Notes under the pieces: generated by a model
Databases searched by the model: none
Told to the model about the DNA's origin: nothing
Seen by the model: only the letters and a program-made list of their open reading frames with translations
In this document: piece by piece, positions 1 to 8,795 of the stretch
Position numbering within the stretch: position 1 is the first letter of the stretch
How the letters are laid out: each line of letters opens with the position of its first letter
Position numbers and translations under genes: made by a program
Source of the DNA: a bacterium
GTDB taxonomy: Bacteria; Patescibacteriota; Dojkabacteria; JAKAPS01; JAJZLI01
Direction: 5' to 3'
Length of the DNA stretch: 64,000 nucleotides
Assembly: GCA_021816845.1 (NCBI GenBank)
Contig: JAKAWT010000002.1
Coordinates: 33,017-97,016, forward strand

Positions 1-285
1 AATATCACTTATAACTTTTCTTTCACTATCTTTATCTGATGCATCTCCTACTTTAGCTGTAAAATCACCAATAATTAGTACAACCTTATGCCCTAGATCC
101 TGAAAGTCTCGTAATCTTTGCATAGTTGATGCTCTTCCCAGATGTATTTGTTGTGCAGTAGGATCAATACCAAATTTTATACGTAATTTATTATCACTAT
201 CTAATAAATCCTTAAGTTCTTTTCTTGTTATCACCCTAAATGTTGCTCTATCTAATATTAGCTTTTTCTTATCTTCCTCTTTCAT
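1..285 (-). CDS. Class I aminoacyl-tRNA synthetase, N-terminal part (tyrosyl-tRNA synthetase-like), truncated by window edge
   Basis: Reverse-strand translation from ATG (rc of 283-285) reads MKEEDKKKLILDRATF...FGIDPTAQQIHLGRASTMQRLRDFQDLGHKVVLIIGDFTAKVGDASDK. This resembles the TyrRS/TrpRS class I signature region. There is no stop inside the window. Confidence 0.5.
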   Translation of the reverse strand, partial: MKEEDKKKLILDRATFRVITRKELKDLLDSDNKLRIKFGIDPTAQQIHLGRASTMQRLRDFQDLGHKVVLIIGDFTAKVGDASDKDSERKVISDI

Positions 286-335
286 CTTTTTTACATCATA
301 TTATAATAAAACTATACATATCATAACAGAAAATA

Positions 336-344
336 TGGTATAAT
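336..344 (+). promoter_or_regulatory. Candidate extended -10 element TGGTATAAT upstream of the PBP1A gene
   Basis: TGnTATAAT consensus lies 12 nt upstream of the ATG at 357. No SD is visible. The same 9-mer recurs at 29224. Confidence 0.3.
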
Positions 345-356
345 TTCAAAGTATAT

Positions 357-3083
357 ATGAAGATTAATAAATTCTTACTGAAAGCTAAAAATAGAACCAG
401 CGGTAACCGTTCTTCAGGTTCCAAAGCTTTACGCAAGGTTAAAGTGAAGAATTCTAAGAATGTTAAGAATAAGCTCCTTATAAAGAAGATATTAAAGATA
501 TCATTGATGACAGTAATATTGATATTTTTAATCGGGGCTATAGGACTAACGATTCTGGTTATAAAATATGCTAATGAGTTGCCTCCACCTGGAACTCCAT
601 TTACTCGTTCATATGCACAAACTACTAGTATCTATTCAAGGGGTGGCACTCTACTCTATGCGTTTCATGGATCTCAAAATAGAGAATGGGTAAATATTAA
701 TCAAGTTTCAAAAACCATGCAATGGGCAGTAATAGCTGCAGAAGATAAAAATTTCTATCATGAACCTTTCGGGATATCATTTACTGGTATTGCTAGAGCA
801 TTCTATCATGATTTTATATTACGTTCTCCTGGTCTTCAGGGAGGTAGTACAATTACTCAACAGCTTGTTAAAGATACAGTATTATCATCACAAAGGACCT
901 TCCAAAGAAAATTAGAAGAAATTATTTTGACTATAGAAATTTCTCAGAAATATAGTAAACAGCAAGTATTAGAAGCATATTTAAATGAAGTATACTTTGG
1001 AGGAAATGCCTATGGGATTCAGGTTGCTTCCCAAGATTATTTTGGAAAAAATCCTAATCAATTAACTCTTGCTCAATGTGCTATGCTTGCAGGTATAATA
1101 CAAGCTCCTTCATTTTATTCTCCACTATTTGGGACTAATCCAAAATATGCTATACCAAGAGCAGATTATGTATTAAATCAGATGCTTGCTGATAAAAGTG
1201 AGACAGGAGTTACTGCAGCTGAGGTTAGTCAGGCAAAAAAACAACTTTTGCATATGCAATATAATACTTCAAGTCTTTCCCAAAATATCAAAGATCCTTG
1301 GTTTGTATATTATGTGAAAAATCAACTCGAACAAAAATATGGAATTAGTGCTGTTCAAGAAGGAGGATGGAAAGTGTACACAACCTTGTCTTGGAAAATG
1401 CAACAAGTTGCCCAATCTACTGTAACAGATGCAGTAAATTATCTAGTATCTTCAGGCTTAAATGCTCATAATGGATCATTAGTATCAGTAGACCCTAATA
1501 ATGGAGAAATATTGGCTATGGTGGGTGCATATAAATATGGAGTATCTTTATATAATGGTCAAATGAATGGAGATTTTAATGCCGCCCTAGCTCCGAGACA
1601 GCCCGGATCCTCTATAAAACCTTTCCTTTACTTGACAGCATTCCAAGATTTAGGGTTTGCCCCTTCAACATTCATGCCAGATTTGTATATAGATATAAAT
1701 GGTTATTCACCTACAGATTGGAATAATGTTTATAACGGTCCTATGAACATTAAAACGGCTCTAAGAGAATCAAGAAATGTTCCTGCAGTAAAAACTTTAT
1801 ATGCACTAGGTACCTCAAAGTTTATAACCGAGCTACATAAATTTGGATTTACTGGTCTATCTAGCTATCAAAATGATCTTTCTATAGCGATTGGAGCAGC
1901 AGATACTACTCTATTACAAAATACTGAGGCATACGGAGTATTAGCCAATGGTGGAGTTAAATACCCTACAGTCTCAATTTTAAAGATAGTAAGTCCTCAA
2001 GGTAAAATCATCTATCAGTATAATCCACAAAATGCAGGTACAAAAATAGTCCAGAGTAGATATACTTATCTTATAGATAGAATAATATCTAAATTCCCTA
2101 CTCTATATTACTCACCTTCTCCAATATATAAGGGTTATGCCAATGCGATAGCTGCTAAAACTGGAACTACAAATAGTAATAGAGACTTAGTTTTGATGGG
2201 TTATACACAGTCCCTTGCAACTGGTATGTGGGCTGGAAATGATAATAATGCTCCTACTACGTATAATTCATGGGGAGAAGATTTATCACCTTTTTGGAAC
2301 TCATATATGCTAAAAGTTTTACCTATGATGCCTGCAAGTCATCCATTTCAAGCCCCTCCTGGTATTACAACTGCCATGGTATGCTCGGATAGTGGTTTAT
2401 TGGCATCAGCTACAACTCCTTGTAATAAAGTCGTTGCACATTTTGCTCAAGGTCAACTTCCTAAACCTGATAATGTAAATATTATCAAAGATGTATGTCC
2501 TCAAGATCCAGCAGAATTAGCAACTTCAAGTGATATTGCATCTGGAGATTATGTACAGAAGGTATTTATACAACTTCAAGAATATTCTCCAATATTCCAG
2601 CCAGCTTTAGATGCATGGGAAAAATCTGCCGGACCTGTATATAATATACCAACAACATATTGTACGACACCTCCACCTGTATCATCTTCTAGTGGAACTA
2701 TCCAATTTACTGTGTCTAACCCTACAACAAATGAAAATTTTACTGTTGGCCCAAATAATATAAATGTTACAGGCTCTATTACTACTCAACTTGCTCAAGC
2801 TACAACATCAGTCTCAGTAAGCATTAATAACTCTTCTGGGTCATCTGTAGGTTCTGGTTCTACAGTTTTACCTAGTGGTAGTAGTAATTTTAGTATATCT
2901 ATACCTACCCCTTCATCAACTGGACAATACAGTGTATTAATAACAGTTTCTAATGGTGGTAATACTGGGACTATGACAATACCTATAAATGTAGAATCTT
3001 CTTCTTCTAATTCAAATTTTCAGAAAGTCCAATCTCCAGGGAACAAAAGCAAGCTGAGTTTGGCATTACCACCTTTGTTGTAG
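357..3083 (+). CDS. Class A penicillin-binding protein (GT51 transglycosylase + transpeptidase) with a long Ser/Thr-rich C-terminal extension
   Basis: N-terminal TM helix; GT51 motifs EDKNFYHEPFGIS and STITQQL; transpeptidase motifs SGSSIKP (SxxK), SRN and KTGTT. The C-terminal ~250 aa are low-complexity S/T/G-rich. Confidence 0.9.
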   Translation: MKINKFLLKAKNRTSGNRSSGSKALRKVKVKNSKNVKNKLLIKKILKISLMTVILIFLIGAIGLTILVIKYANELPPPGTPFTRSYAQTTSIYSRGGTLLYAFHGSQNREWVNINQVSKTMQWAVIAAEDKNFYHEPFGISFTGIARAFYHDFILRSPGLQGGSTITQQLVKDTVLSSQRTFQRKLEEIILTIEISQKYSKQQVLEAYLNEVYFGGNAYGIQVASQDYFGKNPNQLTLAQCAMLAGIIQAPSFYSPLFGTNPKYAIPRADYVLNQMLADKSETGVTAAEVSQAKKQLLHMQYNTSSLSQNIKDPWFVYYVKNQLEQKYGISAVQEGGWKVYTTLSWKMQQVAQSTVTDAVNYLVSSGLNAHNGSLVSVDPNNGEILAMVGAYKYGVSLYNGQMNGDFNAALAPRQPGSSIKPFLYLTAFQDLGFAPSTFMPDLYIDINGYSPTDWNNVYNGPMNIKTALRESRNVPAVKTLYALGTSKFITELHKFGFTGLSSYQNDLSIAIGAADTTLLQNTEAYGVLANGGVKYPTVSILKIVSPQGKIIYQYNPQNAGTKIVQSRYTYLIDRIISKFPTLYYSPSPIYKGYANAIAAKTGTTNSNRDLVLMGYTQSLATGMWAGNDNNAPTTYNSWGEDLSPFWNSYMLKVLPMMPASHPFQAPPGITTAMVCSDSGLLASATTPCNKVVAHFAQGQLPKPDNVNIIKDVCPQDPAELATSSDIASGDYVQKVFIQLQEYSPIFQPALDAWEKSAGPVYNIPTTYCTTPPPVSSSSGTIQFTVSNPTTNENFTVGPNNINVTGSITTQLAQATTSVSVSINNSSGSSVGSGSTVLPSGSSNFSISIPTPSSTGQYSVLITVSNGGNTGTMTIPINVESSSSNSNFQKVQSPGNKSKLSLALPPLL

Positions 3084-3088
3084 TAATA

Positions 3089-5476
3089 CTATCTAAAAGT
3101 AAGGGTGTCCTTAAATTCCTTCAATAATGTGTTTTTTATATCATCAATCTTATCTTTTATTTCAGTACCTAAAAATGTTTTCTCAAAGTTTTCAAACACC
3201 AATCTTATTGTTATACTTGTTTCATCATTTTTGATCTTGTCTCCGTTATAAATATCTATAATATCTTTTGTTTTTAGATTTGTGTCATTAATTTTATCCA
3301 GTATGTCTTTAGAATTAATTTTATTTTTATATAATATTGTTATATCTTCTTTTATTTCTGGAAATTTAGATATATTTTTTATATTAATAAATTTACCTAT
3401 ATTATTATGTAGATCTTCTATATTAATATCAAAAATTGATAAGCTTCCATATATCCCGAAGTTTTCTTTAACAAGTGAACTTATATCACCTATCTCACCT
3501 ATATAGTTTCCAGATATATAAACTTTACTACCCTTATTCTTTAAAAATGGTTTCTCTGGGTTACCACTATATTCGAATGTATTATTCAAATTCAAATATA
3601 AATTTATGGTATCAAGGATTCCTTTTATATGGAAAAATGACTCCTCTTTATCTTTACTAAAATATGCAGTTATAAGATGTAACTCTTCTTTTGGTTGAAT
3701 AGTATTGTTTTTTAGATAAATATTAGCTATCTCATATAATATAAAAGAATCCATATGTTTTTGGTTAGTACTTACTATATCAAGCATGGATGGTATTAAT
3801 GAAGGTCTTAAAAGATCAAAATTGGGTGATATAGGATTTAAGATCCTTATTGAATCATTTTTGATTAAAGATTTATCCATTAAAGCCTGGTTTATGAAAG
3901 AATAGGTCTTTATTTCATAACCTCCAAGCGATGCGATGATTCTTATTATCTTATTATTCATTTCAAATGTAAGGTTCTTTCTTACAGGCATAATAGTCAT
4001 ATTGGAATCTTCAATATTAATATTGTCATATCCATATATCCTACCAATCTCTTCAATCAAGTCTACATCTTCTTTTATATCAAATCTTGTATCAGGTATA
4101 GTTGCAAAAATAAAATTTTTAATTTGTTTATTTTTAATATCTAAACTTGATAATATACTAGAAACATCATTTATAGGGATATTCATTCCTAAAACTTTCT
4201 CTATTTTAGAGATGTCCAATTTTATAACTAAATTATCCTCCAATTTTTTTGTTATAACATCAGTAACTAAGCTTGATATATTACCATTAGTAGTTTGTAT
4301 AATTAGATCTATTGCATAATTTAATGCTTTTAATGCTAATGACTGTGAAATACCTTTCTCATACCTTAATACTGCTTCAGATCTTATATTCACTGATTTT
4401 GCACTTTTTCTAACAAGTGATGAATTAAAGGTTGCACTTTCTAGTAATATGCTTTGCGTATTTTCATCTATTTCTGATTCTTTTCCTCCCATTACCCCAG
4501 CTATTCCTATACTTGCATTTTTTGTTGCTATGACATAATTATTTTCTTTTAATAATCTTCTTTTTGAATCAAGGGTAATAATTTCTTCATTATATTTTGC
4601 TTTCCTTACATATATTTCTAGATTATTATCTTTAGATATTTTTGAAAGGTCAAAGGCGTGTAAAGGTTGTCCTAAATTTACCATCACATAGTTTGTTATA
4701 TCTACTATGTTGTTTATAGGTTTAATACCTAAATTTTTCAATCTTTCTCTCATCCAGAAAGGAGATTCTTCAACTTTGAGATTGTCAATAGTAACTGCAC
4801 AATATCTATAACAAAATTCTTTATCCTCAATATTAACCTTTAATTTGTTATCCTTGTTAGTTCTTATTTTGGGTATAACTTTTTCACTAAAAGGTTTATT
4901 TTGTATAGCAGCAAATTCCCTTGCAATACCCTGATGGGAAAATAAATCACCTCTATGAGATATAACTTTGTTGTCAATATCTATAATTGTATCTTTGATG
5001 ACACTTTTGAGGCTTTTACCTATATATTTTCTAAATAACATATCTTCAGTAGATCCAGATCCAAGATCAAGAATTCCAGAATGGTTTTCTCCTAAACCTA
5101 GTTCTTTCTCTGAACACATCATTCCATAAGATATCTCACCTCTAAAATCATGTTTTTCTATATTCTGTCCATTTATCTTTCCTCCTGCCAAAACTACTGG
5201 GACTATCATCCCTTTATATACATTAGGTGCTCCAGTTATGATTTGTATTTCCTTATTCTTAATGTCTACCTTTGTTACATAAAGTCTATCTGCATTCTTG
5301 TGTTTATAAATCTCTTTTACTTCACCTATTAATATGTCCTCTTCAAATGAAGGATATTCTGTTATTGAATCAACATCCACTGATTTTATTGCGAATCTAT
5401 CTATAAGGTTATAAAGATCGTTCCTATTGTCAGGGATATAGGTATATTTTTTTATTAAATCTAAAGATATTTTCAT
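3089..5476 (-). CDS. pheT: Phenylalanyl-tRNA synthetase beta subunit
   Basis: 795 aa. Domain architecture and its position immediately after pheS in the conserved thrS-infC-rpmI-rplT-pheS-pheT arrangement. Confidence 0.9.
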   Translation of the reverse strand: MKISLDLIKKYTYIPDNRNDLYNLIDRFAIKSVDVDSITEYPSFEEDILIGEVKEIYKHKNADRLYVTKVDIKNKEIQIITGAPNVYKGMIVPVVLAGGKINGQNIEKHDFRGEISYGMMCSEKELGLGENHSGILDLGSGSTEDMLFRKYIGKSLKSVIKDTIIDIDNKVISHRGDLFSHQGIAREFAAIQNKPFSEKVIPKIRTNKDNKLKVNIEDKEFCYRYCAVTIDNLKVEESPFWMRERLKNLGIKPINNIVDITNYVMVNLGQPLHAFDLSKISKDNNLEIYVRKAKYNEEIITLDSKRRLLKENNYVIATKNASIGIAGVMGGKESEIDENTQSILLESATFNSSLVRKSAKSVNIRSEAVLRYEKGISQSLALKALNYAIDLIIQTTNGNISSLVTDVITKKLEDNLVIKLDISKIEKVLGMNIPINDVSSILSSLDIKNKQIKNFIFATIPDTRFDIKEDVDLIEEIGRIYGYDNINIEDSNMTIMPVRKNLTFEMNNKIIRIIASLGGYEIKTYSFINQALMDKSLIKNDSIRILNPISPNFDLLRPSLIPSMLDIVSTNQKHMDSFILYEIANIYLKNNTIQPKEELHLITAYFSKDKEESFFHIKGILDTINLYLNLNNTFEYSGNPEKPFLKNKGSKVYISGNYIGEIGDISSLVKENFGIYGSLSIFDINIEDLHNNIGKFINIKNISKFPEIKEDITILYKNKINSKDILDKINDTNLKTKDIIDIYNGDKIKNDETSITIRLVFENFEKTFLGTEIKDKIDDIKNTLLKEFKDTLTFR

Positions 5477-6534
5477 TATATGTTCCTAAATTGAGATAAG
5501 AATCTTATATCATTTTCATAGAAAAGTCTTGTATCATCAACTCTGTCTTTTATCATAACTAGTCTTTCTATACCTGTCCCGAATGCAAATCCTTGATATT
5601 TATTTGGGTCTATATTAACATTTCTCAGTACTTGTGGGTGTACCATACCAGCTCCTAACAGTTCTAGCCATCCTTTATTGGAGCATATTTTGCACCCCTT
5701 CATATCGCAAAATATGCAAGAACAATCTATTTCTATACTTGGCTCTGTAAAAGGAAAATATGAGTTTCTTATTCTTAATCTTATATTCTCATTATCAAAT
5801 ATCCTTTTTAAGGCTCCTTGCAATATATTTGATAAATCTTTTAAATTACTTTTATCATCAATAACTAACCCTTCAAATTGATGAAACATAAAGGAATGTC
5901 TAGAATCACTATTTTCATTCCTATAAACTTTTCCCGGTGCGATAATCCTTATTGGTGGAGCATTATTCTGCATTGTTCTTATCTGGACAGAAGAGGTATG
6001 AGTCCTTGGTAGTAATTCATCTTCCTTTATATAAAATGTGTCTTGCATGTCTCTAGCAGGATGCCCTATTGGTATATTTAATGCTTGAAAACAAAACCAA
6101 TCAGTTTCAATTTCAGGGCCTTCTGCAATTTCGAAACCATAGACCGCAAAAGTATCTTCTATTAGTTTTATCATTGCACTGATTGGATGGATAGAGCCTA
6201 TACTCAATGTTTTACCTGTATTTAATTTATATCCTGATATTGTAGTGTCTATTGTTTCACTATCCTCTTTGTCATAAAGAGTTTGTCTTAATTTCTCTTC
6301 TTGCTGTTTCAAATTATTGGAGATATTCTCTTTTACTTTGTTGGCAAATTGACCAATTTCTTTTCTTTCTGAAATAGTTAATTTTGATATATTTCTCAAT
6401 ATTGCTGATAAATCGCTGTTCTTTCCTAAATTAGTAGAGTGGAATTTCTTAATATCCTCTAGATTTTCTAGAGTTTCTATAGCACTTATAGATGTTTTCC
6501 ATATTTTTTCAACATCCTTTTTTATTTTTTCCAT
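5476..6534 (-). CDS. pheS: Phenylalanyl-tRNA synthetase alpha subunit
   Basis: Class II core motifs FPFTEPSIEID and GWLELLGAGMVHPQVL. 352 aa. Confidence 0.92.
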   Translation of the reverse strand: MEKIKKDVEKIWKTSISAIETLENLEDIKKFHSTNLGKNSDLSAILRNISKLTISERKEIGQFANKVKENISNNLKQQEEKLRQTLYDKEDSETIDTTISGYKLNTGKTLSIGSIHPISAMIKLIEDTFAVYGFEIAEGPEIETDWFCFQALNIPIGHPARDMQDTFYIKEDELLPRTHTSSVQIRTMQNNAPPIRIIAPGKVYRNENSDSRHSFMFHQFEGLVIDDKSNLKDLSNILQGALKRIFDNENIRLRIRNSYFPFTEPSIEIDCSCIFCDMKGCKICSNKGWLELLGAGMVHPQVLRNVNIDPNKYQGFAFGTGIERLVMIKDRVDDTRLFYENDIRFLSQFRNI

Positions 6535-6538
6535 TTGG

Positions 6539-6889
6539 TTATTCTTTATTCTGTACTGTATTTACAATACTTTTGAACACTGCATAATCTTCTGTAGCAA
6601 AATGAGCCAAAACCTTTCTGTTGATTTCAATCTTTTTATCCTTTTCAAGCTTAGAAAATGTTGAATAATTTATACTAAAATCTTTAAGTGCTGCATTTAT
6701 CCTTATAATCCATAATTTCTTTATGTCATTCTTCTTTTGTTTTCTCCCATTAAATGAATACTGCCCTGCATGTAAAATAGCCTCTTTAGCAGTTTTAACT
6801 AATGCATGTTTAGTTAGTCTATAACCTTTGGTTTGTTTATGAACTTTATTATGTCTTGCATGTTTTGTAATTCCTTTTTTTATTCTCAT
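6539..6889 (-). CDS. rplT: 50S ribosomal protein L20
   Basis: MRIKKGITKHARHNKVHKQTKGYR is a typical L20 N-terminus. 116 aa. Confidence 0.93.
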   Translation of the reverse strand: MRIKKGITKHARHNKVHKQTKGYRLTKHALVKTAKEAILHAGQYSFNGRKQKKNDIKKLWIIRINAALKDFSINYSTFSKLEKDKKIEINRKVLAHFATEDYAVFKSIVNTVQNKE

Positions 6890-6893
6890 GGTA

Positions 6894-7082
6894 TTATTTT
6901 ACAAATTTTAATATTTTTGAAGTTGCAGTCTTTGATAATACTTGATCTTTTCTATCTCTGTTTTTACGCTTAGAAGTTCTTTTAGATATAAGATGATTAA
7001 CTCCTTTTATCTTATGTAGAAGCTTATTATTCTTTGTCCTTTTGAATCTTTTTGAGATAATTTTTTTTGTTTTTATTTTCAT
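6894..7082 (-). CDS. rpmI: 50S ribosomal protein L35
   Basis: 62-aa basic protein MKIKTKKIISKRFKRTKNNKLLHK between infC and rplT. Confidence 0.88.
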   Translation of the reverse strand: MKIKTKKIISKRFKRTKNNKLLHKIKGVNHLISKRTSKRKNRDRKDQVLSKTATSKILKFVK

Positions 7083-7098
7083 TTTTAAATCTATTCTA

Positions 7099-7611
7099 TT
7101 ATGTTATCGGTTGAACTTGAGCTATAGTATTCCTACCTTCTTGTTTAGGAATATTTTCTATTTTAGCATCGTCTTTTAAGCTTTCTATAATTCTATCCAT
7201 AAGTATTCTGGAATTTTCTACATTTCCTCTCCCAGTTTGACGTATAACTATCTTTACTCTATGATGATCTTCCAAGAACTCTTTTATTTTATTTATTTTA
7301 TTATTATAATCTCCTATTCCAATAAAAGGCTTGAATCTAATTTCTTTTATCTCTTTATGTCTATTTTTCTTGTTTGCCTCCCTATCCTTTTTACTCTGTT
7401 CATATTTATACTTTGAATATGACATTATCTTGCAAACTGGAGGATTGGCATTTGGTGCAATTTCTATTAAATCTAATCCTCTATCTTGAGCTTTTATTAT
7501 GGCATCTTGTTTATTTAATATACCAAGGAATTCACCATTTTCATCAATAACCCTCAATTCATTGGCTTTTATGTAATTATTATAACTTATAAATCTCCTT
7601 TTCAGGTTAAT
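7099..7611 (-). CDS. infC: Translation initiation factor IF-3, proposed ATT (AUU) start
   Basis: GEFLGIL...DRGLDLIEIAPNANPPVCKIM matches IF3. The ORF track starts at an internal TTG (7557). Extending the frame upstream gives NLKRRFISYNNYIKANELRVIDENG, which aligns with the E. coli IF3 N-terminus. There is no ATG or GTG in frame. An ATT at 7609-7611 is preceded by a perfect SD. Confidence 0.8.
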   Translation of the reverse strand: MNLKRRFISYNNYIKANELRVIDENGEFLGILNKQDAIIKAQDRGLDLIEIAPNANPPVCKIMSYSKYKYEQSKKDREANKKNRHKEIKEIRFKPFIGIGDYNNKINKIKEFLEDHHRVKIVIRQTGRGNVENSRILMDRIIESLKDDAKIENIPKQEGRNTIAQVQPIT

Positions 7612-7615
7612 AGAA

Positions 7616-7623
7616 TCCTCCTT
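7616..7623 (-). promoter_or_regulatory. Shine-Dalgarno AAGGAGGA for infC
   Basis: Minus-strand sequence reads aaatAAGGAGGAttctATT. It is the strongest SD in the window and sits 4-5 nt before the proposed ATT start. Confidence 0.7.
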
Positions 7624-7683
7624 ATTTGAACTAATAATATTGTGATAATATCAAAGATTTTTTTCTTTGTAAAGTAATATCAT

Positions 7684-8274
7684 TCAATAATTTATTTTTT
7701 TATTATTTTCTTCCAGGAATTTTAAATTTGATTCAATAAAATGTGCAAATTTTTCTTTTTGTATATTTGATATCTTATATTTTTTACCAAAAATATCCTC
7801 AAAGGCTTCTGTCTGAGTAAAAATTTCTATATTAAGGTCATTATTTTCATGATACACAATTATTTTAGTGAAGTCTTCATTTTTACTTTCTATAGAGTAT
7901 GTTATAGTCTCTCTATTTTCATCTATACTTACTATAATATATATAGGACTGGAATTTAAATCAGGGGTACGTATCCTAAATGCAACATACCTTTCTCCAC
8001 TAATTTGTAATTTTTTTTCAATATCATATTCATTTTCAAGGTATATATAACTTTTATTATATATATTAATTAAAGAATAGAAAGAAGTAATCAGTTTTAT
8101 AGCATATATGTCCTTACCTTCTATACTTTCTATAAACTTTAACTGATTAGTAATTTCTTTTTTGATATTGGAGACTATATAATCAAAAAGTTCTTTATCA
8201 TAACCTTTGAAAGGATTATATATTTTTGTCTTAGTGAGAAGTTTTAAGTACCTTGAAATTACAAATTCATCCAT
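7684..8274 (-). CDS. Hypothetical protein (about 196-212 aa) of unknown function inside the thrS-infC operon
   Basis: Long ORF in AT-rich DNA on the operon strand. The start is ambiguous: TTG at 8322, ATG at 8295, or ATG at 8274 (MDEFVISRY...). The 8274 start overlaps the upstream gene by 8 nt. I recognise no family. Confidence 0.55.
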   Translation of the reverse strand: MDEFVISRYLKLLTKTKIYNPFKGYDKELFDYIVSNIKKEITNQLKFIESIEGKDIYAIKLITSFYSLINIYNKSYIYLENEYDIEKKLQISGERYVAFRIRTPDLNSSPIYIIVSIDENRETITYSIESKNEDFTKIIVYHENNDLNIEIFTQTEAFEDIFGKKYKISNIQKEKFAHFIESNLKFLEENNKKINY

Positions 8275-8716
8275 ATATTTTATTTGAAAAGTCATCAACA
8301 AAGGTGTTATATTCTTTTTCAAGAACTACTTCTTTTTCAATATTTTTTATAAAACCAGCATACTGCATTGCTCCCTTCAAAATATTAATCTTTATTTTTT
8401 TCTCTATTATAACTTTGTATCCCCTCCTCTGTTTTTTCTCAAGTTCGAAAGTGTAAATTCCACTATCATTTTTTATTCCAATAATAAACTTTGGTGTTAA
8501 GTGAATATACCCTTTATATGGTTTATTAAAGAATAAAATCTTATCAGAGTGGATTCCATTTCTAGTCTTTTTCTTTACAAGCATACTTTGCTTTGGATTT
8601 ACTAACATATGCCTTAAATTTAATATTTCACTGCTTAAATTCTGACTTTCAAACTTTTTAGAGGTATCTATTATAAAGAGTTCTAGCTTATTGTAGAAAG
8701 AGACATTCTGACTCAT
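8267..8716 (-). CDS. Hypothetical basic protein (149 aa) of unknown function
   Basis: ATG preceded by GGAG (aatGGAGttatATG). Lys-rich. I recognise no family. Confidence 0.6.
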   Translation of the reverse strand: MSQNVSFYNKLELFIIDTSKKFESQNLSSEILNLRHMLVNPKQSMLVKKKTRNGIHSDKILFFNKPYKGYIHLTPKFIIGIKNDSGIYTFELEKKQRRGYKVIIEKKIKINILKGAMQYAGFIKNIEKEVVLEKEYNTFVDDFSNKIYG

Positions 8717-8764
8717 ATAACTCCATTATATATATAGTAATTATTCTTTACAATAGGAAATATT

Positions 8765-8788
8765 ATTTAAAATAAGCTTATTTTAAAT
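8765..8788. repeat. 24-bp perfect palindrome ATTTAAAATAAGCTTATTTTAAAT between the thrS stop and the hypothetical gene pair
   Basis: The two 12-nt arms are exact reverse complements, centred on AGCT. It sits in a 79-bp spacer. Confidence 0.6.
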
Positions 8789-8795
8789 TACAAAA

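Noticed and set aside
3282-4319. Plus-strand ORFs (74, 61 and 127 aa) inside pheT
   Set aside because: They are entirely antisense to a well-supported pheT CDS and have low-complexity I/L/S-rich translations, typical of AT-rich antisense frames.
7555-7557. TTG start for infC proposed by the ORF track
   Set aside because: It lies inside the conserved IF3 N-terminal domain. The upstream in-frame sequence aligns with IF3 and ends at an SD-preceded ATT.
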